This document shows, piece after piece, positions 1 to 8,354 of a DNA stretch of 17,421 nucleotides (position 1 is its first letter; each line of letters opens with the position of its first letter). The position numbers and the translations under genes are program-made. The stretch is from NCBI GenBank assembly GCA_029858305.1, contig JAOUFI010000048.1, positions 1 to 17,421 on the forward strand. The letters run 5' to 3'. This DNA is from Candidatus Thorarchaeota archaeon. GTDB taxonomy: Archaea > Asgardarchaeota > Thorarchaeia > Thorarchaeales > Thorarchaeaceae. A model generated the notes under the pieces. The model saw only the letters and a program-made list of their open reading frames with translations. It was not told where the DNA came from and searched no databases.

Positions 1-28
1 AATTCTACGAACTAGTGGGGATAAGGAG

Positions 29-1459
29 TTGCTGAAACGTACTATGATTTTAGCTTTGATATTGCTCTTGATGATTCCTTGTATTAACAGCAATAACATC
101 ATTGGAGAATTCGACCTCTCTAATTCTCTGAGTATGGAGCAAACAACTTCACTCGTGAATGATACTTCATGGCATCATGACTGCTCCAATGTCAGCGGAT
201 GGTTAATTGATCCAGACCCTCCACAGCCTAGACTTCCTGGCATTCAGGATGATGTTGACATTCTATCTGATGGGTCTGCGATCTATTCAAGTTCGATTCC
301 ATACGCTGAAGGCAGATGGCATGGCTCAGTGTTTTTCTATGAACTGGAGAAACCTGTGTATGTTGGGTATGGGCTCAATTTTGAAGTGGAATTGAACCAT
401 CCAGGCACATTGAATTATGCGGGTGGCATTGAGGTTGGCCTATACGACCAAGACAAAAATGTCAGCTATTGGGTCAGTATTACTGATTCATGGTACAGCT
501 CATCATTTTTGACAGATGTCGCATATGGTGATGATGGAGTGAACTATGTGCATACAACATCACGTTCAGGTTCCCTTCAAGCTGACTTTCGTGTCTGGCA
601 TAATGAAACGACAAATACAATTCAAGGTCAAGATGACCAGGGAACTTATACTCTTGCCAATGAAAATCAGTTTGAGCCAAATCGAGAGATTTTCTATGTT
701 GGTATTATGTTTTGGAATGTAGAATCTTACAACTATGAAAGCAACCTTGTCTTGGATATTCTTATTGAAGGTACATCTGTTGAAGATACAACTCCCCCAA
801 CTATTCAGGCTCTTCCTGATTATAGCTATGAATTGGGAACAACGAATCATGTCCTTACATGGACTGCTTTTGACATTAATCCAGCCTTTTACACAATCTC
901 AAGAGATGACGAGATTCTTCAATTTAGGCCATGGAATGGGTCTGAAATTGTGATAAATATCGATGGACTTGATTTGGGGCGATACCTGTTCACTCTCAAC
1001 GTTTCCGATACATCACATCTATTTACATTAGACATGCTGAATGTGTCAGTTATTGATACCACTCCTCCTCAGATTGATCATCCTTTCGACATCATTATAG
1101 AACCTAGCCAAGAAAATAATTCAATAACTTGGATTCCTAGTGATTTGAAACCCTCCGCGTATGAGATATACGAAAATGGTACATTGGTGGCATTTGGTAG
1201 ATGGAATGGCTCTCCAATTGTCTATCCTTTTAATGGGGTAGTTCCTGGCGTTCATCTGTATACTATTTTTGTTAATGATACATCAGGAAATCTTGTGAAT
1301 GATTCAGTTCTGGTTATTGTCAATCCTCAAGGATTTCCGGTAGATTTGACAATAATCATTTCTCTTGGTTCAGTTGGAGTAATAGTCATCGTAGTTATAT
1401 TGATACTAAAAACCAAAAGTACTTCCAGTGGAGGCGGTGTTGCAGACTATCAGTGGTGA
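29..1459 (+). CDS. Single-pass membrane-anchored surface glycoprotein with two C-terminal Ig-like repeats
   Basis: N-terminal signal peptide (KRTMILALILLLMIPC), acidic beta-rich ectodomain, many N-x-S/T sequons, two ~90-aa DTTPP repeats, a C-terminal TM helix (IIISLGSVGVIVIVVILIL) and a short tail. Start is uncertain (TTG 29 vs ATG 44). Confidence 0.85.
   Translation: MLKRTMILALILLLMIPCINSNNIIGEFDLSNSLSMEQTTSLVNDTSWHHDCSNVSGWLIDPDPPQPRLPGIQDDVDILSDGSAIYSSSIPYAEGRWHGSVFFYELEKPVYVGYGLNFEVELNHPGTLNYAGGIEVGLYDQDKNVSYWVSITDSWYSSSFLTDVAYGDDGVNYVHTTSRSGSLQADFRVWHNETTNTIQGQDDQGTYTLANENQFEPNREIFYVGIMFWNVESYNYESNLVLDILIEGTSVEDTTPPTIQALPDYSYELGTTNHVLTWTAFDINPAFYTISRDDEILQFRPWNGSEIVINIDGLDLGRYLFTLNVSDTSHLFTLDMLNVSVIDTTPPQIDHPFDIIIEPSQENNSITWIPSDLKPSAYEIYENGTLVAFGRWNGSPIVYPFNGVVPGVHLYTIFVNDTSGNLVNDSVLVIVNPQGFPVDLTIIISLGSVGVIVIVVILILKTKSTSSGGGVADYQW
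785..1324 (+). repeat. Two tandem ~90-aa Ig-like (HYR/Big-like) domain repeats, 270-nt period
   Basis: DTTPPTIQALPD..LTW..D.NP..Y.I...WNGS.I...G.Y...V.DTS starts at 785. DTTPPQIDHPFD..ITW..D.KP..Y.I...WNGS.I...G....V.DTS starts at 1055. Confidence 0.8.
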
Positions 1460-1508
1460 ATATCAATTCTGATTTCACCTTCTGATATTTCTGATAATGT
1501 ATACGTAA

Positions 1509-1994
1509 TCATTTGCTGCGATTTTTCATATTATCTTCAATAATCTTAACAATCTCTTCCTCTATCGTGGCTGTCATTCTCTGGCGGGTTTTTATCCTGC
1601 CTATTTCCTCGCCCTTTTTGTCGAAAATCAAGATTGTTGGACTACTCGTTATTCCAAAAATATCAACTTCTTGCGGAGACGGCGGAACAGCCCAAAGTTT
1701 GTTTGAACCATATGGTGGCTTTGTCATACCGCCAAGTGCGGGAATCTTCTTTCCCGTGTTTTCCTCAATGAGTGCAAGGACTGGGAGAGCTTTTCTCGAG
1801 TCTCCACACCAATCAGCATAGAGTATTGCACATGTGTGATCTCTGCACAATGTCTTCAGTCGTTCCAAAGCTTTCGCGTTAAGTGAGTACTCCTCTTTTT
1901 GTCGGAGAAAGCCACCACGATACATTTGGGGTATATTCTCAATGCACTCGGATGCTCCCTTCGCATCATGTGAAATATGGTCTAGCGTTGGCAT
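1509..1994 (-). CDS. Thioredoxin-family protein with a CxxS (WCGDS) active site
   Basis: YADWCGDS motif, cis-Pro segment GITSSPTILIFDKKGEEIGRI. ATG at 1994 follows a GGAGTG SD; the ORF track uses GTG 2006. Confidence 0.85.
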   Translation of the reverse strand: MPTLDHISHDAKGASECIENIPQMYRGGFLRQKEEYSLNAKALERLKTLCRDHTCAILYADWCGDSRKALPVLALIEENTGKKIPALGGMTKPPYGSNKLWAVPPSPQEVDIFGITSSPTILIFDKKGEEIGRIKTRQRMTATIEEEIVKIIEDNMKNRSK

Positions 1995-2023
1995 AATTAC
2001 GAACACTCCAGTATCTTTGATTC

Positions 2024-2500
2024 CTATTCAGGGTCACAGACAATGTCTGTACCCTTCTCCCCCTTCTTTGATTGCAGTGGAGACGTTTTTATCAAATGAA
2101 CAAGCTTCTTGAGATCGTCATGATGAGTACCTTCTTCATCTCGCATATGTTCAACCAGAAGCTTTGCAATCGGATCATCAATCTTTTTGAGAACTTTATC
2201 TAAAAGCGAAATCATCTGGTTCTCATCTTTAATGAGGGCCTCAAGCTCTCGTTCGAGCTTAACCCTTCCTGCATATCGCCCTACTTTTGCAGACCACTCA
2301 TCGCAAGGAGTTGTAGTAAGCAGTTCGATCATCCCTTCTAGAAACTTCATATGTTTCCACGTATCCAAGCGTAGATCCATGAAGGCTAGGCGAACTGCTG
2401 TTTCTTTTGCTCCTTCCTCTAGATTGACAAGTTTTTCAAGAGTTTTCTTCTCAACATCTATTTGCTGTCTGAAAATATTAATGATCTCTGAACTACTCAT
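2024..2500 (-). CDS. Ferritin-like (rubrerythrin-family) four-helix di-iron protein without a rubredoxin domain
   Basis: Duplicated E...[DE]xxH pattern: VEKKT / LDTWKH / DENQM / DEEGTHH. Helical heptad character. Two Cys (TPCDEW, IVCDPE). Confidence 0.8.
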   Translation of the reverse strand: MSSSEIINIFRQQIDVEKKTLEKLVNLEEGAKETAVRLAFMDLRLDTWKHMKFLEGMIELLTTTPCDEWSAKVGRYAGRVKLERELEALIKDENQMISLLDKVLKKIDDPIAKLLVEHMRDEEGTHHDDLKKLVHLIKTSPLQSKKGEKGTDIVCDPE

Positions 2501-2614
2501 CTACTCATCTCCATCATCAATAGTTAACTATTGTTATTTATTTAACAGAAGTTCGACTATTTAAGATTTTGTTTTGCATACTATTCAGTGTTACGGTCTG
2601 AAAACATCAATGCA

Positions 2615-3619
2615 TTATTCTATATGCAATGCTCGTCGATGATCTGGATGATCGAACTCCTTCTCTTGCTCGTGTGCATTACCTAGAAATTGATTCATCA
2701 TTACAGCAGCGTAATTTCCGGTGCCTACTGCCGTAGCCACTTGTTGAGTAATTGGTCGTACATCTCCAGCAGACCAAATTCCCTCAATCTTAGTTTTACC
2801 ACGATGGTCTGTAAGTATATTCCCCTTTGCATCGACTTCTACGCCAATCTGTTGTGCAAGCTCTGACCGTGCAACATCGACAAAAGCAACAAAGAATACA
2901 TTGGCTTTTAGTTTTCGACCATCAGCGAGAGTAACTGATTGTACAACTCCTGGTCTGGGGAAACTAATAGACTTGATTTTTCCCTTTGTCCAAGGAAAGG
3001 GCGAACTATCCAACTTGGAGAGATCCTGATTTTCAATTGGAACATAGGCATCTTCAGTCATCAGAATTTGGATCTTGTCCGTAAAACGTGAGAGTGAATT
3101 AGCCACATGGAGCGCACTTCCTACTGAACCAGTATTCACGATAAGGACTTCCTTGTCCTTACAGAGCGGTGCTTCACAATCAGGGCAGTAAAATGCTCCA
3201 TTTCCGACATTGGCAACAGGCAACCACCCGCGCCATTGACCATTGACTCGTGGATGTTTTCGAGATGTTCCAGTGGCGATTAGAAGTAGTTTCGCATGAT
3301 ATTCACTTTCATCATTAGTACGATAACTCGGACTCGTCTTGATCTTGAAATCGGGATAACGTCCTGAAATTTCTATAACATCAGCGGCGATAAACTCAGC
3401 ACCAGCGGCACGAGCTTCTCCTTGAATACTCCTTAGGAGACTTCTGCCTTCGTGATAGACTGATCCTGGAAAATTGAGGATTGAGTTTGTATGAAAATGC
3501 ATGGGACTTGTGCCTCTATCAAGTACAAGCACACTGCGTTTGTGATATGCGAGATGCAAGGCAGCAGAGCAACCCGCGGGACCTCCTCCAATTATAATGG
3601 CATCGTAAATCTTAACCAT
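2615..3619 (-). CDS. Thioredoxin-reductase-family FAD-dependent disulfide oxidoreductase with an atypical pyridine-nucleotide site
   Basis: GGGPAG FAD motif, LLIATG, YCPDCE redox motif, T...GIWSAGD, QQVATAVGTG. Confidence 0.88.
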   Translation of the reverse strand: MVKIYDAIIIGGGPAGCSAALHLAYHKRSVLVLDRGTSPMHFHTNSILNFPGSVYHEGRSLLRSIQGEARAAGAEFIAADVIEISGRYPDFKIKTSPSYRTNDESEYHAKLLLIATGTSRKHPRVNGQWRGWLPVANVGNGAFYCPDCEAPLCKDKEVLIVNTGSVGSALHVANSLSRFTDKIQILMTEDAYVPIENQDLSKLDSSPFPWTKGKIKSISFPRPGVVQSVTLADGRKLKANVFFVAFVDVARSELAQQIGVEVDAKGNILTDHRGKTKIEGIWSAGDVRPITQQVATAVGTGNYAAVMMNQFLGNAHEQEKEFDHPDHRRALHIE

Positions 3620-3798
3620 AATGAAGAATCCTCAGATAGTAGTCCTCTTTGAGCTGTTAATAACTCTATGGAGTGTGCAGAACCGAAATTTACCTCTTCG
3701 AAACATCAAACTCAGATAGCAATTGGTATCTAGAATTACTTTTAACATTAATTGCACATACGATTATTTAGGGAAATTATTTTCGTGAGGTGGTGTCA

Positions 3799-4803
3799 AT
3801 GAAGCTTACAGCATCTTTTCTGATGATTCTATTGCTAAGTATGTGTATGTTTTCCGCATCTGTCACAGCTTCTACGAACCAGGGTTTTGAATGGGGATTT
3901 GAAACTGGAGATGAGTTCCAATTCGTGTTGCATGCTCTTGGAGATGGTTTGATGATTGACGAAGAAATTTACATAGAAGCCAATGCATCCACTCCGATTC
4001 CGGATTCTATCACAAATTGGACTGATATTCCTGTTGCCACTCTGGATGCATATTACGCGAATGGAACTGAGATGGGCATTGAGGTCCTCCTTTTGATAGC
4101 CGCATATAATATCGAACTTCCTATTGGCAATTGGACATACTTGAATTATCTGGCTTTTTACACTCTTGGGTTGGAGAACTTCACATTCGATGATTATGAT
4201 GAGTACTTCTGGGGATACAGTTGGGAAGATGATAACTGGACCATATCTGGAGAAGGTTGGACACTATTCTCAAAATATTCAATCGCAGTCCATGTGGATT
4301 ACCTTAAAGTAGACGGATTCATATCACACTACTCAGTTATTACTACCAACAGAACTACACAAGTGAAAACGGGGGAAATCACTTTGGAGCGATTGGGGAT
4401 TGAACAATATACTGATCGGACGAATCCAATTCTCAATCAACCAGAGGATATTGAGTATGTGTTTGGCGATATTGGCTACAATATTACGTGGGTCGCATCA
4501 GACGACCATCCTGTGAGTTATCAGATTCAGAAAGATGGCACAGAAGTACTAAGTGGGGATTGGAATACCACTACTGAGGAATTCACAATCGAAGTTGATA
4601 ATCTCGAGGTTGGAGAGTACGCTTACCACATAACCGTTGTTGATATTGGAGGAAACGCCGCCTATGATGACGTATATGTTATTGTTCTTGAACCACATAA
4701 TGCTCTCTTTGATAATCCATTGCTAATTGTCCTCATCGTTGGTTTAATTGCGGGTGCTGCTGTGGCTGCAATCATTGTGACAAAGATTGTCAGGAAACGA
4801 TAG
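3799..4803 (+). CDS. Membrane-anchored surface protein with one Ig-like repeat
   Basis: Signal peptide, acidic/aromatic ectodomain, a DRTNPILNQPED..ITW..D..P..Y.I.KDG..W repeat (4414 to ~4690) like those in gene 29..1459, C-terminal TM helix and basic tail KIVRKR. ATG 3799 follows a GAGGTG SD; the ORF track uses GTG 3790. Confidence 0.85.
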   Translation: MKLTASFLMILLLSMCMFSASVTASTNQGFEWGFETGDEFQFVLHALGDGLMIDEEIYIEANASTPIPDSITNWTDIPVATLDAYYANGTEMGIEVLLLIAAYNIELPIGNWTYLNYLAFYTLGLENFTFDDYDEYFWGYSWEDDNWTISGEGWTLFSKYSIAVHVDYLKVDGFISHYSVITTNRTTQVKTGEITLERLGIEQYTDRTNPILNQPEDIEYVFGDIGYNITWVASDDHPVSYQIQKDGTEVLSGDWNTTTEEFTIEVDNLEVGEYAYHITVVDIGGNAAYDDVYVIVLEPHNALFDNPLLIVLIVGLIAGAAVAAIIVTKIVRKR

Positions 4804-4804
4804 A

Positions 4805-5437
4805 CTAAATTCCCAAACACCCGGAACTAGTTTCTCGTCCCAGATCGAATGCCTTAGAATTAGCTTTTTGCGTCTTCGGTGGTACTAATGCCATAACTGC
4901 TTTCCTAACCTCCTCTGCAGGTATTGGAAAATCCTTGCAAGCAACAGTTGCTCCTATGAGAACTGAGTTTTCTGTTCTGGGATTACCGGCTTTGATTGCA
5001 AGCTCAAGTGAATCAAGAAGAACTACTCTTTTCGTTACCTGTCTGAGTTTTTCAACTATCTGTTCAACAGTAAGATACTTTGTCTTCTTCTCCTTGTCCA
5101 GAGCAACCATTCTTGTCTCTGTGACTGCGGGCATTATACGATTACTCATAATCACCACTCCATCGTCCTTCAGATACTCTATATACCGAAGTGCTTCAGT
5201 GGCTTCCATAGCAATCATCATGTCTGCCTTTCCATATGGGATCAGAGGTGAGATTGGATCTCCAATTCGAAAATGAACATAGATAGAACCTTGTCTTTGA
5301 GAGAGACCGTGTTGTTCGCCAGTCAGCACTTTAAGTCCGGAATCTAGACTTGCTTTTCCAAGAATTGCTGAAAGTAACATTAAACCTTGACCGCCAACAC
5401 CACAGAAGATAATGCTGTAGGTTTCACCTTTCTTCAT
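4805..5437 (-). CDS. iorB: Indolepyruvate:ferredoxin oxidoreductase beta subunit
   Basis: GVGGQG, EQHGLSQRQGS, EATEALRY and GNPRTENSVLIG motifs. TAATG stop/start overlap with iorA at 5437. Confidence 0.93.
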   Translation of the reverse strand: MKKGETYSIIFCGVGGQGLMLLSAILGKASLDSGLKVLTGEQHGLSQRQGSIYVHFRIGDPISPLIPYGKADMMIAMEATEALRYIEYLKDDGVVIMSNRIMPAVTETRMVALDKEKKTKYLTVEQIVEKLRQVTKRVVLLDSLELAIKAGNPRTENSVLIGATVACKDFPIPAEEVRKAVMALVPPKTQKANSKAFDLGRETSSGCLGI

Positions 5438-7338
5438 TATTTCTGCACCTCCACATGTCTAGGAGCGTTTACAGGACAGACTTGCCGACATTCTAGACAG
5501 CCATCACAAAGGTCCTGTTGTATCGTCATCTTATGATCAGACTCATCCACGATAATTGCTGGACAATAGAATTCCTTTACACAGGCGTAAATACCGCGAC
5601 ATGTATCTTTGACATTCTCACTTGGGATTATCTTCTCACCGGCCTGTTTCTTTAATCTATCTCCATAGAGCGCACACTCACGACGTGAAATGATAACATT
5701 AAATCCGTCGGCCTCAATTGCTTTCTTTATGGGATTGATACAATCTCGTGTTTCGTATGGATCAATTATTGTGACTGATTTGGCTCCTAATGCTTCAAAC
5801 ATCTTTTCCATGTTTATTTTCTGAGCTGGATGGCCACCAGCATTAAAGGCTGAGTTTGGATTATACTGTTGTCCGGTCATAGCAGTCACTGAATTATCTA
5901 GAACGAAGAGTGTTACATTCGAATTATGATGAATTAAATTGATGATACCTGGAAGTGCCGCGTGATATAGAGTGCTGTCACCTACCATAGCAATCACTCT
6001 ATCTTCAAGTGCCATCTCCATGCCTGCAGATACGCCTATTGAAGCGCCCATTGCTAGCATCGAATCACTGAACTCATTGGGTGGAAGGAACGCCATGGAG
6101 TAACAACCGATATCATTATTGAAAACTATATTATCTCTGATTTTCAATTGCTGTAGAGCTTGTCTAAATGACCATAGAGTACCTCTGTGCGGACACCCAG
6201 GACAGAATATTGGAGGCCTCTCTGGAAGGATTTTCTTGAGCTCCCCAGCTCTGTTTAGTATTGCATCGTAATCGACAGTGGGTTTCATACCCATTACTTC
6301 AGCTAGGACCTTCTCAACAATCGGAACATTATACTCAAGCATCTCGCTGAAGTGCCCTGTTTTCTTACCAATAATGCTTAGTGATGGATTCACGAGGTGA
6401 GCCAATGCCGATATTCGAGTTTCAAGATATGGCGTTAATTCTTCTATGACAATAAGAGTTGAGAGAGATTTCAAGAACTCCGAAAGTTTGCGCTCTGGAA
6501 GAGGAAAGAGTGTTCCAAGTTTGAAGACTGGAAGTTTGATTTTCAGATTCTGCAGTGCTTCCATTGTGTGCAAATAGCAGACTCCAGATGTGAGAATCCC
6601 CACTTTGCCGCTTCCGGGTACAAGTTTATTGAAGGCGGACTTCTCGAAATCCATTCTCACAGCTTTCGTCTTTTCCAATAATTTTGCCTTAAGTGCTCGT
6701 GCAACTGAGCCTACTGTGAAGTATTGTCCCTTGACATCTTGCCACTTATTCTTCTTGAAGGGTGTTCTATTGAGCGCTCCAAGCTTAACCATCCCACGTT
6801 GGTGATTGACTCTTGTTGTTGTTCTCAAGAGAACCAGTGTCTTGTGCTTTTCGGAAACCTCGAATGCCCATTTTGTCATATCAAGAGCCTCTTGAGCTGT
6901 AGATGGTTCTAACATTGGTACATACGCAGCCTCACCAAAATATCGTCCATCCTGTTCAGATTGCGATGAGTGAGCATATGGATCATCTGCAATCAGACAA
7001 ACACAGCCCGCATTCAGTCCTGTATACCCGATACTGAACATGGAGTCACTCGCAACATTCATACCAACACTCTTCATGGATGTGAATGATCTCTGCCCAG
7101 CCATAGAGGCGCCTGCCACAGTTTCGAGAGCGACTTTCTCATTAGCGGAAATATGCATCTTATAATCTCCAAAATGGTCAAGAACTTCACTGAACGTATC
7201 CAGAATCTCAGAAGTTGGCGAGCCCGGGTAAAAGGCTACAATCTTCACATCCGCTTCTAATGCCCCACGTACAACAGCCTCATTTGCTAGTAGTAAGGCA
7301 TCTCCTGTCTCCGAACGCTTCACATCTTCAACTGTCAT
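5437..7338 (-). CDS. iorA: Indolepyruvate:ferredoxin oxidoreductase alpha subunit
   Basis: NEAVVRGA, YPGSPTSEI, NEKVALE, MKSVGMNVA, HSSQSEQD, RPPIFCPGCPHR, DIGCY, GDST..H (TPP), LDNSVTAMTGQQ and a C-terminal ferredoxin domain. Confidence 0.95.
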   Translation of the reverse strand: MTVEDVKRSETGDALLLANEAVVRGALEADVKIVAFYPGSPTSEILDTFSEVLDHFGDYKMHISANEKVALETVAGASMAGQRSFTSMKSVGMNVASDSMFSIGYTGLNAGCVCLIADDPYAHSSQSEQDGRYFGEAAYVPMLEPSTAQEALDMTKWAFEVSEKHKTLVLLRTTTRVNHQRGMVKLGALNRTPFKKNKWQDVKGQYFTVGSVARALKAKLLEKTKAVRMDFEKSAFNKLVPGSGKVGILTSGVCYLHTMEALQNLKIKLPVFKLGTLFPLPERKLSEFLKSLSTLIVIEELTPYLETRISALAHLVNPSLSIIGKKTGHFSEMLEYNVPIVEKVLAEVMGMKPTVDYDAILNRAGELKKILPERPPIFCPGCPHRGTLWSFRQALQQLKIRDNIVFNNDIGCYSMAFLPPNEFSDSMLAMGASIGVSAGMEMALEDRVIAMVGDSTLYHAALPGIINLIHHNSNVTLFVLDNSVTAMTGQQYNPNSAFNAGGHPAQKINMEKMFEALGAKSVTIIDPYETRDCINPIKKAIEADGFNVIISRRECALYGDRLKKQAGEKIIPSENVKDTCRGIYACVKEFYCPAIIVDESDHKMTIQQDLCDGCLECRQVCPVNAPRHVEVQK

Positions 7339-7468
7339 TCTAAAACCTCAGTAACTCTCAATTCAAAATTGGTTTATTGGATGCTTTATTGAACATAAGG
7401 CTTAGCAAATAGTAGTTTTCTAACTATTTGTAACAATGAATTAATTCTGACATGATATACAAGGATGA

Positions 7469-7945
7469 TTAACCACCAGGGCTACCGTGCCATGGTGTAT
7501 CCTTCCACATAGTATCCCAAATCATATCCTCAGTAAGAGTTTCAGGTTCTATGACTGCCTTATGAAGTTCTTTGAGCAATGCATGATGTCTTAGCTCATC
7601 CTCACGAATCATACTAGCTATTGTTTTGACTTGGTCATCTGTACTCTTAGCAACGAGCTCACCATAGGTTTTGACAGCTTCCTCCTCCATTTTGATGTGA
7701 GCCTCGATACCTTTAGCTATCTTGTCACGTTCTTTCTCGCTGATGAAGGGAGTAGGACCTTCCACTGCCTTTCTAAGAGATTTCAGAAGTACCGCGTGCT
7801 TTTTGGAGTCTGTTGAGATTCCAAGAAGCAAGTCCTTGACAAAGGCATTGCCGAGTTTTTCCACATTCTCCTTTACAATCTCAATAATCCTCAGTTCAAG
7901 ATCAATCTGTTTATCAATGAACTTTAGAGTCTCTTGCTTATCCAA
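7469..7945 (-). CDS. Ferritin-like (rubrerythrin-family) protein ending in WHGSPGG
   Basis: LELRI / TDSKKH / HIKMEEEA / EDELRHH ligand pattern. TTG start preceded by GGAG. No Cys. Confidence 0.85.
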   Translation of the reverse strand: MDKQETLKFIDKQIDLELRIIEIVKENVEKLGNAFVKDLLLGISTDSKKHAVLLKSLRKAVEGPTPFISEKERDKIAKGIEAHIKMEEEAVKTYGELVAKSTDDQVKTIASMIREDELRHHALLKELHKAVIEPETLTEDMIWDTMWKDTPWHGSPGG

Positions 7946-7987
7946 TCTGGTACGCTCCAGTATTTGATGGCATACTAATTCTTTCTG

Positions 7988-7997
7988 TTACTTAAGA
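7988..7997 (-). promoter_or_regulatory. TATA-like element TCTTAAGTAA upstream of the ferritin-like gene
   Basis: 43 nt upstream of TTG 7945. An identical 10-mer lies at 14085-14094 upstream of the DUF22 gene. Confidence 0.4.
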
Positions 7998-8107
7998 CTG
8001 TTCACTAAGGGACAATTTGGACAATTATTGGTTGCTCCTTCACAATATATATCAATGAAGATAGCCATTGAGAGTCCTGCTCAAACAAAGTTTTGGAGAG
8101 GTCAGAA

Positions 8108-8350
8108 ATGCCTAAGGCTACCATCTACACTGCACCGGATTGCCCTCACTCGAAAAAACTCAAAGCATTCCTAAAAGAGAACAAAATCGATTTTGAAGAT
8201 AAGTGTATTCTGACATCACCTGAAGCAATTGCAGAACTAAAGAAAAAGAGCGGTCAGTTAGGCGTTCCCGTTACTGTGATAGGTGATGGAATATTCATAG
8301 GCTTTGATAGTCGAGCCGAGCGACGGATAAAACGACAATTGGGAGTGTGA
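8108..8350 (+). CDS. Glutaredoxin/NrdH-like redoxin with a CxxS (CPHS) site
   Basis: IYTAPDCPHS, SGQLGVPVTVIG, IGFD. ATG 8108 follows GGAGAGG; the ORF track uses TTG 8093. 4 nt upstream of trxB. Confidence 0.88.
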   Translation: MPKATIYTAPDCPHSKKLKAFLKENKIDFEDKCILTSPEAIAELKKKSGQLGVPVTVIGDGIFIGFDSRAERRIKRQLGV

Positions 8351-8354
8351 CAAG

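Noticed and set aside
3656-3664. GTTAATAAC matching the SurR box GTTn3AAC, plus a near match CTTTTTAACAAGTAGTT at 12460-12476
   Set aside because: Both coincide with probable TATA boxes, the motif is short, I did not see it at the other redox promoters, and SurR is characterised in Thermococcales.
2024-7945. Ferritin-like proteins as encapsulin cargo
   Set aside because: No encapsulin gene in the window and no GSLxIGSL-type targeting peptide.
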